NCBI GenBank assembly: GCA_965243285.1
Contig: OZ251537.1
Location: forward strand, 2,057,019-2,121,018
Source: Candidatus Poriferihabitaceae bacterium
GTDB taxonomy: Bacteria; Pseudomonadota; Gammaproteobacteria; Arenicellales; Poriferihabitantaceae
Direction of reading: 5' to 3'
Length of the DNA stretch: 64,000 bases
In this document: piece after piece, positions 40,862-49,440 of the stretch
Layout of the letters: each line of letters starts with the position of its first letter
Position numbering within the stretch: the stretch's first letter is position 1
The notes under the pieces: model-generated
What the model was told of the DNA's origin: nothing
Databases searched by the model: none
The model's input: only the letters and a program-made list of their open reading frames with translations
Translations under genes and position numbers: made by a program

Positions 40862-41719
40862 TTAACATGAATCGATGGTCGACCTCAAGTCGGTTGCGGG
40901 TTTCGATAAAATTTCCGCCTTAGGCGGGCGTTCTAAAACTGCCGGCGCGGCATTGATGTTATCTAACCGCCGCTGGGCGAGTTTAACCAATTCAGGCTGC
41001 AACTCAAACGCCAGAAAATCGCGCTGGTTTTGTTGGCAGACCAGCGGGCAAGTACCTGTGCCGGCGAATGGGTCGAGTACTAAATCGCCTTTCGATGAAC
41101 TGGCCAACACTAATCTTTCGATTAATTTTTCGGGTTTTTGGATGGTGTTTAAGGCCGAGCGGCACACCAATTCTTTGGATTTATAGGTGAGTTGTTTGAT
41201 GTCGCCCCACACATCGCCGGGGTTTTTGCCGCGCCCGTTGAATTTGGTTTTGGCGTATCTACCGCCGGTCACCGAGGGTACTTTTTCACAGCGCAAGCGA
41301 TGCGCCAACTCGACCAACTGCGGCACGCGAATGTCGTCTAAATGATAATGGCGCGGCGATTTGCCGTTGATGAAGTAGGCGATGATGTCGTAATTATTGG
41401 TGTAGTTTACGCGCCCTTGCGCCAAGCGGTTGGGTTGATACCATACTATTTTTGATTTTAGATTTAGGTGCGGGCGGTAATCGATGAAGTCTATGCAATT
41501 CGCCTTGCCAAACAGATAAAGCGCGCCGCCGGGTTTTAATTTGGCGGAAAATTTTTGGATTAAATCGAGATTGAAATCTTGAATCGACGAAATTTTATCC
41601 CAAGCATTGGCGGTGACGCCATACGGGCCATCGCAGATGATTAAATCCACGCTTGCCGCATCGACTTGTGCTATCAAATCAAAAAAATCGCCGCCATGTA
41701 TTCGGTTCTTTTCAAGCAT
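40862..41719 (-). CDS. Orphan beta-class (N6A/N4C) DNA methyltransferase
   Basis: Motif IV variant IICDGPYGV comes before motif I LVLDPFAGTGT, which is the beta-class order. The islet is AT-rich. The ATG at 41719 is preferred over the track TTG at 41728. Confidence 0.75.
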   Translation of the reverse strand: MLEKNRIHGGDFFDLIAQVDAASVDLIICDGPYGVTANAWDKISSIQDFNLDLIQKFSAKLKPGGALYLFGKANCIDFIDYRPHLNLKSKIVWYQPNRLAQGRVNYTNNYDIIAYFINGKSPRHYHLDDIRVPQLVELAHRLRCEKVPSVTGGRYAKTKFNGRGKNPGDVWGDIKQLTYKSKELVCRSALNTIQKPEKLIERLVLASSSKGDLVLDPFAGTGTCPLVCQQNQRDFLAFELQPELVKLAQRRLDNINAAPAVLERPPKAEILSKPATDLRSTIDSC

Positions 41720-41748
41720 GGTTTTCAAGCATGGTTTTCAAGCATGGG
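41713..41748. repeat. 13 bp x about 3 tandem repeat spanning the methyltransferase start codon (minus strand CCATGCTTGAAAA)
   Basis: Plus strand caagcatggtttt / caagcatggtttt / caagcatggg. Each unit carries an ATG on the minus strand. Only the last one is in frame with the gene. Confidence 0.85.
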
Positions 41749-41781
41749 TCATCGATAATGAACGAGGGATTATATTGCGCG

Positions 41782-42318
41782 TTAAAACTCGACGCCTTGG
41801 GCCGCCAGGATGCCGGCATCGAAGGCGTGTTTGTTTTTTTTCATCTCGGTCACGGTGTCGGCGGCGGCGATGACTTCCAATGCGGCGTCGCGGCCGGTTA
41901 AGATGAGATGCAGCCACGGGGGTTTTTGCGTGGCGATGAATTCGGCTATCTCGGCGCCGGGAATCCAGCCATAGGAACTGCAATAGTTGATTTCATCGAG
42001 CAGCACCAAATCGAATTTCTCGCTCAAAATTTTCTGTTGGCTGAATTCCCAGATGGCGCGGCTGGTTTTGATGTCTTGTTCGGGGTTTTGCGTGTCCCAA
42101 GTGAAGCCGTCGCCCATCACATGCCACTCGATATTAGCGAATTTTTCGGACGCGTGTTGTTCGCCGGTTTTCCATTTGCCTTTGATGTATTGAATCACGC
42201 ATACCTGCAGACCCCAGCCGGCGGCGCGAAACACCACGCCGAAGGCGCTTGAGGATTTGCCCTTGCCGTCGCCGGTGTGCACCAGCGTGAGGCCCCGGCG
42301 GCGCGCTCGAGATTTCAT
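41782..42318 (-). CDS. cobO: Cob(I)yrinic acid a,c-diamide adenosyltransferase
   Basis: Motifs HTGDGKGKSSSAFG, IQYIKG, LLDEINY and HAFDAGI are typical of CobO/BtuR. Confidence 0.85.
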   Translation of the reverse strand: MKSRARRRGLTLVHTGDGKGKSSSAFGVVFRAAGWGLQVCVIQYIKGKWKTGEQHASEKFANIEWHVMGDGFTWDTQNPEQDIKTSRAIWEFSQQKILSEKFDLVLLDEINYCSSYGWIPGAEIAEFIATQKPPWLHLILTGRDAALEVIAAADTVTEMKKNKHAFDAGILAAQGVEF

Positions 42319-42453
42319 GGTGGGTTCATTTGGTGGGAATTAGCGAGCCGCAACTAGTCATGTACATATATTAGGTAGAATATATAGGTATAGGCGATAG
42401 GGATTGCCGATAGCGCGGCACCGATATTATCAGCAACCCCTAAACCGCGGCCA

Positions 42454-43128
42454 TTAAAACAGGTCGCGGTCGGCCATGGATACGAATTCGCCATCGCCGA
42501 TGACCAGATGATCTAACAGGCGGATGTCCACCATCTGCAAGGCCTCTTTGAGGCGCGCGGTTAAGGTGGCGTCGGCGCGGCTCGGCTCGGCGATGCCGGA
42601 GGGGTGATTGTGGGCGATAATGATGGCGGCGGCGTTGTAACGCAAGGCGCTTTTGACCACCTCGCGCGGGTGCACCGTGGCGCCGCTGATGGTGCCGTGG
42701 AATAATTCCTCGTAGGTGATGACTTGATGGCGCGTGTCGAGATAGACCACGGCGAACACTTCGCGCGCTTGGTCGCGCAGTTGGTGGGTGAGGAAATCGG
42801 CGGCTTGCTTGGGGCTGGTCAGCGGCCCTTCTTTTTCTAATTTTTGCGCCAGATAGCGCTTGCCGAGTTCCAACGCCGCCATCAGTTGCGCGCTCTTCGC
42901 CGGCCCTAAACCGGATGCGCCGGCGAGGGCGGTTTGCCCGGCGTTTAGCACTTGGCGCAAGCCGCCGAATTGACGCAGTAAATCCCGCCCGACATCCACC
43001 GCCGATTTGCCCTTGACGCCGGTGCGCAAAAATATCGCCAGCAACTCGGCATCGGACAACGCGCCGGCGCCATTTTTGGTTAGTTTTTCGCGCGGTCTTT
43101 CATCGGCCGGCCATTGGCTTATCGCCAT
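42454..43128 (-). CDS. radC: RadC-family JAB-domain protein
   Basis: ERPREKL, helix-hairpin-helix region, and JAMM motif [15 protein letters not shown]. Divergent from coaBC as in enterobacteria. Confidence 0.85.
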   Translation of the reverse strand: MAISQWPADERPREKLTKNGAGALSDAELLAIFLRTGVKGKSAVDVGRDLLRQFGGLRQVLNAGQTALAGASGLGPAKSAQLMAALELGKRYLAQKLEKEGPLTSPKQAADFLTHQLRDQAREVFAVVYLDTRHQVITYEELFHGTISGATVHPREVVKSALRYNAAAIIIAHNHPSGIAEPSRADATLTARLKEALQMVDIRLLDHLVIGDGEFVSMADRDLF

Positions 43129-43235
43129 GAGTCCATACTCCATGATGCGTTACCCTAAAATGCGCGCCGCGGCTCGATAAAATCGCGCGCGCGCTCCTGC
43201 GGTCGGTTTCCCTACCTGAATTGCAACCCTACCCT

Positions 43236-44609
43236 ATGAAGCCCCCAAATCACAAGCGAATTTTGCTCGGCATCACCGGCGGTATCGCCGCTTATAAAAG
43301 CCCGAGCGTGGCGCGCCGCCTACGCGAACGCGGCTGCCAGGTGCGCGTGGTGATGACCGCCGCGGCCACCCAATTCATCACCCCGCTCACGCTGCAAGCG
43401 GTCAGCGGCAATGCGGTGCATCAACATTTGTTGGATGAAGGCGCCGAATCCGGTATGGGGCATATCGAGTTGGCGCGCTGGGCTGAGCAGTTAGTGGTGG
43501 CCCCCGCCAGCGCCGATTTTATCGCCCGCTTAGCGCATGGCCGCAGCAATGATTTGCTATGCGCCGTGGCCCTGGCAACCGCAGCAACCATCACCCTCGC
43601 CCCGGCCATGAACCGCATGATGTGGCAACACCCGGCCACGCAGCGCAATGTGGCCGAGTTGGCGGCGCGCGGGGTGCGCATTATCGGCCCCGGCGCCGGC
43701 TCGCAGGCGTGCGGCGAAAGCGGCGCCGGGCGTATGAGCGAGCCTGAGGAGATTGCGGCACAAGTGGTCGGCGCCGGGCGGCCGCGTTCGTTGGCCGGCG
43801 TGAGCGTATTGATGACCGCCGGCCCCACCTGGGAGGCGTTGGACCCGGTGCGCGGGCTGAGCAACCACTCTTCCGGCAAAATGGGCTATGCCATGGCGCA
43901 AGCGGCGGCCGATGTCGGGGCTGAAGTTACGCTGGTGAGCGGACCGGTGGATGCGGCGGTGAGCGGCCGGGTTTGTAGCCGGGGTTATGACCAGTCTGGC
44001 GGGGGCGGTGGTCGGGTTTATGGTCAGCCTGGCGGGGGGGATGATGGGATTGATGGCGGCGTTAATGGTCGCCCTGGCACCGGCGGCATCGACCTCATCG
44101 CGGTGCGCTCGGCGCAAGAGATGTTGGATGCGGTGCTGGCTCGGGCTGCGACGGCGGATGTGTTCATCGGCGTGGCGGCGGTGGCGGATTACCGCCCGGC
44201 GGCAGTGAGCGCCCAAAAAATCAAGAAAAAAGCGCCGCGCATGCGCATCGACCTCATCCAAAACCCGGATATTCTGGCCACCGTGGCGGCGCTGAAAAAG
44301 GCCCCGTTCACGGTGGGCTTCGCCGCCGAAACCGAGAATGTATTAGCCCACGCCCGCGAAAAAGGCCGCCGCAAAGGCGTCGATATCATGCTCGCCAACC
44401 ATGTCGCCGAGGTGTTCGGCCGCGATGAAAATTCGGTGACGGTGATCGACTGCCGACGGGGTGGCGTTGCTGGTGGCGCTGGCGACGGCGGCGAAATCAC
44501 CGGTGAAATCACCCTGCCGCGCACCGATAAATATCGCTTAAGCCGGCAAATCATCGAACACATCGCCCCGCTGGTGCTGGCGCGACGAAAATGCGCTCAT
44601 CCCACTTAA
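43236..44609 (+). CDS. coaBC: Bifunctional phosphopantothenoylcysteine decarboxylase / phosphopantothenate-cysteine ligase
   Basis: ILLGITGGIAAYK, PAMN..MW and SSGKMG motifs. It carries a Gly-rich insert (GGGGGRVYGQPGGGDDGIDGG...) in the CoaB half. Confidence 0.9.
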   Translation: MKPPNHKRILLGITGGIAAYKSPSVARRLRERGCQVRVVMTAAATQFITPLTLQAVSGNAVHQHLLDEGAESGMGHIELARWAEQLVVAPASADFIARLAHGRSNDLLCAVALATAATITLAPAMNRMMWQHPATQRNVAELAARGVRIIGPGAGSQACGESGAGRMSEPEEIAAQVVGAGRPRSLAGVSVLMTAGPTWEALDPVRGLSNHSSGKMGYAMAQAAADVGAEVTLVSGPVDAAVSGRVCSRGYDQSGGGGGRVYGQPGGGDDGIDGGVNGRPGTGGIDLIAVRSAQEMLDAVLARAATADVFIGVAAVADYRPAAVSAQKIKKKAPRMRIDLIQNPDILATVAALKKAPFTVGFAAETENVLAHAREKGRRKGVDIMLANHVAEVFGRDENSVTVIDCRRGGVAGGAGDGGEITGEITLPRTDKYRLSRQIIEHIAPLVLARRKCAHPT

Positions 44610-44727
44610 TTTTGCCAGCCAATTTTGCCAGCCAATTTTGCCAGCCCATTTCGCCAGCCCATTTCGCCAGCCCATTTCGCCAGCCCATTTTGCCAGCCCA
44701 TTTCGCCAGCCCATTTCATCGCCAGCC
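44608..44727. repeat. Tandem array of about 9 units, 13 bp period (AATTTTGCCAGCC / CATTTCGCCAGCC)
   Basis: Read directly. It begins inside the coaBC stop codon and ends 44 nt upstream of the dut ATG. Confidence 0.9.
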
Positions 44728-44770
44728 GTGATTCGGTCAGCGAAAATCACCCAATCCGGTCCTTCAGATT

Positions 44771-45244
44771 ATGTCAACACCGCCCACCACCTTAAGCGTA
44801 GACCTCAAAATCTTAGACCGGCGCATCGAAACGGAATTCGGCCGGCCGCAATACGCTAGCGACAGCGCCGCCGGGCTGGATTTGCGCGCCTGCATCGAGG
44901 CGCCGCTAACCTTAGCCGCCGGGGCCGCCGAACTCATCCCCACTGGCATCGCCATGCACCTCAAAGACCCGAATTACGCGGCGGTATTATTGCCGCGTTC
45001 CGGCCTCGGTCACAAACACGGCATCGTACTCGGCAACCTAACCGGCCTCATCGACGCCGATTATCAGGGTCAAATTTTCATCTCCTGCTGGAACCGCGGC
45101 GGTGCCGATTTCATCATCACCCCCGGCGACCGCATCGCCCAAATGGTCATCCTCCCCATCGCCCGAGCGGCCTTTAATGTGGTGGATTCATTGCCCGAAA
45201 CGCGCCGCGCCGGCGGTGGCTTCGGCTCCACTGGGGTGCGGTGA
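44771..45244 (+). CDS. dut: dUTP diphosphatase
   Basis: [31 protein letters not shown] and GGFGSTG motifs. Confidence 0.92.
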   Translation: MSTPPTTLSVDLKILDRRIETEFGRPQYASDSAAGLDLRACIEAPLTLAAGAAELIPTGIAMHLKDPNYAAVLLPRSGLGHKHGIVLGNLTGLIDADYQGQIFISCWNRGGADFIITPGDRIAQMVILPIARAAFNVVDSLPETRRAGGGFGSTGVR

Positions 45245-45450
45245 TGGGGGCAATGTCCGGGTGCTGGAAGCGCGCATCGCCAGCCATAAAAAAGCGGCAA
45301 TTTGGCACGCGATGATGAGGGAAAAGGTGCTTTGGTGGGCGATTAAAGTGGAGAGTAATGCACCAAGCCCAGCGAATCCAATCATTAGACTATACTTATA
45401 AGCCAAACATTCTTGTTGAATATAAATGCATCGCCTGCATCAAATGAAAC

Positions 45451-46128
45451 TTATAACGTTCCTAAAAACGCCACGACTTGTTGCGGGTCAATGCGTTTCA
45501 AGTAATCGATATTTACCTAGGAAAAAGCGATTTTGCGATTCCGCGTAATCACATAAGTCGCTGGTATTGGAAGCCGCCAACTGGCATCGCCGTTGTAGCC
45601 AGTGATGTCGCTACCGAGTTGCTTATAAACCTCTATCAACTCGTCCGGCATAGTGAATACCAAACCAAACTGCTCGGATACCACATGGCCAACATCGCTT
45701 AGCACCTCAAACTCCAGAGACAACTTTTGTACGTTGGACAACGAACTTTCCGGCAACTCCGGGGACACCCCAACAACCCTGACGCCATGTTTCTGAATAT
45801 CAGCCAAACTCCGCTGATAAGCAGACAGTTCAAGCCTGCAATACGGACACCAACTACCCCGGTAAAATTTCAAAACAATTGGTCATTTTGTCAGCAAGTC
45901 ATCAACCGAGACCGCATTGCTATTCGCGTTCGGCAAAACAAACGATGGGATTTCATCCCCCGTCTGAAGCGCCGATTTGTCAATGCCTTGCTTAATCATT
46001 TTATGGGTCGCACCTCGCATGGTGGCGACTGGTGTCTCGCTTCGGCTGGCTTCAGATTCCACCTGCTTGGCTTTCAACTCGTAGGCTAACCGCTTAATTA
46101 CGATTTCTTGGGATTTCATAATTTCCAC
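45451..46128 (-). pseudogene. Peroxiredoxin-like (AhpC/TSA-fold) gene interrupted by two in-frame stop codons
   Basis: Reading through TGA (45883-45885) joins ...VSVDDLLTK to PIVLKFYRGSWCPYC. Reading through TAG (45517-45519) joins ...RKIAFS to VNIDYLKRIDPQQVVAFLGTL. All parts are in one frame. The region is AT-rich. Confidence 0.7.
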
Positions 46129-46335
46129 CTCATGATGGTTGCCCTTATTGAATAGGGTTTATATACCTATTGCCCAAATCCTTATGTCACGCCGATTTTA
46201 TAGTGCGGCGTGAAATTTTTTTGGTTAGGATTCATTATTTTGGTTAGGATTTATATGGGGGTTTTTGGAATCATGCAAGCGGTTTTTCTGGTTTTGGGTT
46301 AGTAAGTGGATAATTCCCTAAAATATAAGGAGTGG

Positions 46336-46610
46336 TAGATATAAATTTTCTTGTTTGATTGTTGCTTGGTTTTTGATTTTGGTTTTGCTGTTGCTTTTGA
46401 TGCTTCTTCTTTCACGCCACTTAGCTTTTGCTTTTTGGAGGGGGAGTCAAAACTGGCGGCTTTATCGCCTGATTTGGTGGGGGGTTGATGTTGGTCTTTT
46501 TGCTTTTGCTTTTAAATCTTCAACTCATTAGCCCAAATGAGGGGCTATGTAAAAATCAAAAGCCAAATAAAAATCAAACCCAGCCGGGCGGATTTAGATA
46601 TATTAATCCC
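46336..46610. repeat. Modular intergenic element, copy 7 (inverted orientation)
   Basis: Core at about 46415-46485, with hybrid stem arms (caaaactggcgg...cgcctgatttgg). Module C reversed at about 46505-46545. Right end cgggcggatttagatatattaatccc. Confidence 0.8.
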
Positions 46611-46640
46611 TTAATTAAGGGTTTAATTTAAATATTAAAT

Positions 46641-47420
46641 TCAGCGCTTGACTATCGTCATGACCGCAAAAATGGCGGCGGCGATTACCACGATGGAAGG
46701 GCCGGCCGGGGTATCGAGCCACATCGACAGCGCCAGGCCGCCGCCCATGGAGGCTATGCCGAATACGGCGGCGAGCAGCGCCATGCCTTCGGGCGAGCGG
46801 GCTACGTAGCGGGCTGCAGCCGGCGGGATGATGAGCAATGAGACGATGAGCAAAGCGCCGACCACTTGCATGGCGAGGGCCACTACCACGCTCAGCAAAA
46901 TGAAAAAAATGGCGCGGATTTGCGGCTCGCGGACGCCGCCGACGATGGCTAATTCGCGATGCGCGATGAGTGCTAATAGCGGTCGCCAGATGGTCGCCAG
47001 AATGAGCAGCACGCCGCCGCCGCCGAGATAAATCCACCACACATCGGCGGCGCGCAACGCCAGGATGTCGCCGAATAAATAACCGATGAGGTCGACGCGC
47101 ACGCCCGGCATCAGCGCCAACAACACCAGTCCCAACGCCAGCGTGCCGTGGGCGAGGATGCCGAGCGCCGCATCGCTGCTTAAATCCCGCCGCCGCTGCA
47201 TCAGCGCCAACAGCGCCGATACCGCCAGGCACACCAGCAGAATCGCCAGTTGTAAATTCAGCGCGAAAAATAGCCCCAAGGCGATGCCGAGCAGCGCCGC
47301 ATGCGCTAACGCGGCGCCGAAATACGCCATGCGCTGCCACACCACCGCGCACCCCAACGGGGCGCAGAGGATGGCTACGCCGACGCCGCCGAGCAGGGCG
47401 CGCCATAAAAAATCATCCAT
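46641..47420 (-). CDS. znuB: Zinc ABC transporter permease
   Basis: MDDFLWRALLGG...VVWQRMAYFG..LAHAALLG parallels ZnuB. The start at 47420 overlaps the preceding stop (ATGGATGA). Confidence 0.85.
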   Translation of the reverse strand: MDDFLWRALLGGVGVAILCAPLGCAVVWQRMAYFGAALAHAALLGIALGLFFALNLQLAILLVCLAVSALLALMQRRRDLSSDAALGILAHGTLALGLVLLALMPGVRVDLIGYLFGDILALRAADVWWIYLGGGGVLLILATIWRPLLALIAHRELAIVGGVREPQIRAIFFILLSVVVALAMQVVGALLIVSLLIIPPAAARYVARSPEGMALLAAVFGIASMGGGLALSMWLDTPAGPSIVVIAAAIFAVMTIVKR

Positions 47421-47684
47421 GCGCATCGGCCGCCGGCAGCGGCTGGATGTCGCCGTGGGCGCCATGTACATGATCGTGGTGATGTTGATAAGGCGCTAAT
47501 CCAGCGCCCGCAGCCGCCACCGGGGCGCAGAGGATGGCTACGCCGACGCCGCCGAGCAGGGCGCGCCATAAAAAATCATCCATGCGCATCGGCCGCCGGC
47601 AGCGGCTGGATGTCGCCGTGGGCGCCATGTACATGATCGTGGTGATGTTGATAGGGCGCTAATCCAGCACCCGCAGCCGCCGCC
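47359..47684. repeat. 163 bp tandem duplication (2 copies, 3 mismatches) of the znuC-3'/znuB-5' junction
   Basis: 47359-47521 and 47522-47684 were aligned base by base. Differences are A/G, G/A and A/G. The junctions share the GGGGCGC microhomology. Confidence 0.9.
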
Positions 47685-48370
47685 GGGGCGCCGAATAAGG
47701 CGCGAAATTGCGGGTGCTGGCGTACCTCGGCCGGTTTGCCGCTGCAACATAAGTGGCGGTTTACGCACAGCACGCGGTCGGTGGCCGCCATCACCATGTG
47801 CAGGTCGTGGGAGACCAGCAGCACGCCGCAGCGCCGCTGCTCGCGCAAGGTTTGGATGAGGCGGTGCAGGCTCGCTTGGCCGCTGACATCCAGCCCGGCG
47901 GCGGGTTCGTCCAACACCAGCAAATCCGGCGCCGGCAACAACGCCCCGGCCAACAACACGCGGCGCATTTCGCCGCCGGATAAATCGTGCATGGCGGCAT
48001 CGCCGAGTTGGCTCGCGCCCACTTCGGCGAGGGCCTCATCGAGGCGCGCCGCCGGGTGATTTTTATGGGCGCGCAAGAAACGCCGCACCGACAGCGGCAA
48101 GGTGCGCTCGAATTCGATGCGCTGCGGCACATAACCGAGCGCCAGCCCGGTGCGTCTGCGCACCATGCCGCTATCGGGCTTCAATAATTGCAGCGCGAGG
48201 TTGACCACGGTGCTTTTGCCGGCGCCATTGGGGCCGATGAGGGTGACGATTTCGGCGCCATCGAGGGTGAAACTTAAATCCTGCAGAATGATTTGCCCGT
48301 TGCGGCTGAAATTTACCTGCTCGAAGCGCAGTAGCGGGGCGGCGCGGTCGCGGCGGGCGGGCGATGGCAT
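47576..48370 (-). CDS. znuC: Zinc ABC transporter ATP-binding protein with a His-rich C-terminal tail
   Basis: Walker A GPNGAGKST, signature LSGGEMRR, Walker B LLVLDEP, and tail YQHHHDHVHGAHGD. Confidence 0.9.
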   Translation of the reverse strand: MPSPARRDRAAPLLRFEQVNFSRNGQIILQDLSFTLDGAEIVTLIGPNGAGKSTVVNLALQLLKPDSGMVRRRTGLALGYVPQRIEFERTLPLSVRRFLRAHKNHPAARLDEALAEVGASQLGDAAMHDLSGGEMRRVLLAGALLPAPDLLVLDEPAAGLDVSGQASLHRLIQTLREQRRCGVLLVSHDLHMVMAATDRVLCVNRHLCCSGKPAEVRQHPQFRALFGAPAAAAGAGLAPYQHHHDHVHGAHGDIQPLPAADAHG

Positions 48371-48694
48371 GGGCGGTTAGGTGGTTGGGTTGTTGGGTGG
48401 ATTTACGGGTGGATGTGGCGGCGGAATTTGCGCCGATGGGAGCGAACTTGAGTCGGATTTCGGTGGAATTTGAGCGGATTTTGAGGCGCAAGGTTGGGCC
48501 GATGTGGCGCGGCGGTTTGCGGTTGGGCAGGGCCGATTTGTTGGCCGATTTGCGGCCCGATTTGCGCGATATTTTGGCGAAATTTGATGCGGAATTTGGT
48601 GCAAGAGGGAGAAATTGGCGACGACATATCGCGACAAAATTGCCGACGCGGTCGGCGGCGGATTAGGGCGGGTAGGGCGGATTTGCGGCCGGAT

Positions 48695-49225
48695 TTAGCG
48701 CCTGGCTTGGGCGGTGCTGGCGGCGGATTTGGATGAATCGCGTCGGCACTGCGCGCATTGGCCGCTGATTTCGACCATGGGGCGCAGCGCCGACAAGCCG
48801 GCCCCGGCAGCGGTGCTCGCCAGCATTTTATTGAGCGCGCCGTCATCGAGTTCGGCCACCCGGCGGCAATGGTCGCAGATTAAAAACTGCCCGATGTGGC
48901 GGCGCTGCGGCTGGTTGCAGCCGACATAGGCATTGTGCGATTGGATTTTATGCGCCAAGCGGTTTTGCAGCAGGAAATCGAGGGCGCGGTACACCGTCGG
49001 CGGCTGGGCGTTGGGTTTTTCGTCGCGCAATTGCGCCAGCAAGTCATAAGCCGGCGCCGGCCGATGACTGGCCCAGATCAATTCCAACACCCGGCGGCGA
49101 AGATGCGTGAACCGCAAGCCATCGCGTCGGCACAGATCATCGGCGCGCGCCATGGCGGCCGCAATGCAACGCGCATGGTTATGGCGGCGCGGTAAAAAGG
49201 CGGAAGGTGGGCGAGGCGAGGGCAT
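48695..49225 (-). CDS. zur: Zinc uptake regulator (Fur family)
   Basis: Winged-helix region (RVLELIW...PAPAYDLL, TVYRALDFL) and CxxC pairs (CDHC, CAQC). It is divergent from znuA across a Zur box. Confidence 0.85.
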   Translation of the reverse strand: MPSPRPPSAFLPRRHNHARCIAAAMARADDLCRRDGLRFTHLRRRVLELIWASHRPAPAYDLLAQLRDEKPNAQPPTVYRALDFLLQNRLAHKIQSHNAYVGCNQPQRRHIGQFLICDHCRRVAELDDGALNKMLASTAAGAGLSALRPMVEISGQCAQCRRDSSKSAASTAQARR

Positions 49226-49263
49226 GCGGGTCGGGCGGGTAGGTCGCGATGTAACGAGTTTTT

Positions 49264-49286
49264 ATTATGATATATTATATCATAAT
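49264..49286. promoter_or_regulatory. Zur operator: perfect 11-1-11 palindrome
   Basis: ATTATGATATA-T-TATATCATAAT lies in the zur/znuA divergent region. Its length and AT-rich dyad resemble the proteobacterial Zur box (GAAATGTTATAWTATAACATTTC). Confidence 0.75.
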
Positions 49287-49440
49287 CGTGTTGCTGGGTG
49301 ATTATTCAGATTCGCTTGCGCAGATTCGATGGCTCATCCTCATGTCGATGCCCCGGATTATCTAGCGGGCCGATTAGTGACCGATAGCCTCGCCGATAAC
49401 CCCGCCGATAACCCCGCCCGACCACTCAAATTTACCCGTC

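Noticed and set aside
45188-45406. A small hydrophobic ORF (65-72 aa, MIGFAGLGALLSTLIAHQSTFSLIIACQIAAFLWLA...) downstream of dut as a membrane peptide or type I toxin.
   Set aside because: Its 3' third runs antisense through the end of dut and translates to Pro/Ser/Ala junk. It has no clear ribosome-binding site, and its only in-frame ATG is internal. It cannot be supported without expression data.
45883-45885. The in-frame TGA in the peroxiredoxin-like gene as a selenocysteine codon.
   Set aside because: The TGA is 10 codons upstream of the WCPYC redox motif, at a position that is normally Gly, not at a catalytic Cys. A second in-frame stop in the same gene is a TAG. I saw no obvious SECIS-like hairpin directly downstream. 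A nonsense mutation is more parsimonious.
47375-47768. ORFs MARPARRRRRSHPLRP... (47375-47569, 46615-47406) and 47538-47768 as real duplicated genes.
   Set aside because: They are out-of-frame shadows of znuB and znuC, repeated because of the 163 bp tandem duplication. Only the MDDFLW... frame is meaningful.
48371-48694. Several 80-147 aa ORFs on both strands between zur and znuC.
   Set aside because: They overlap one another in a GC-rich, degenerate GATTTG-repeat spacer. Their products are Arg/Pro/Gly-rich and resemble no protein family. This is most likely non-coding.
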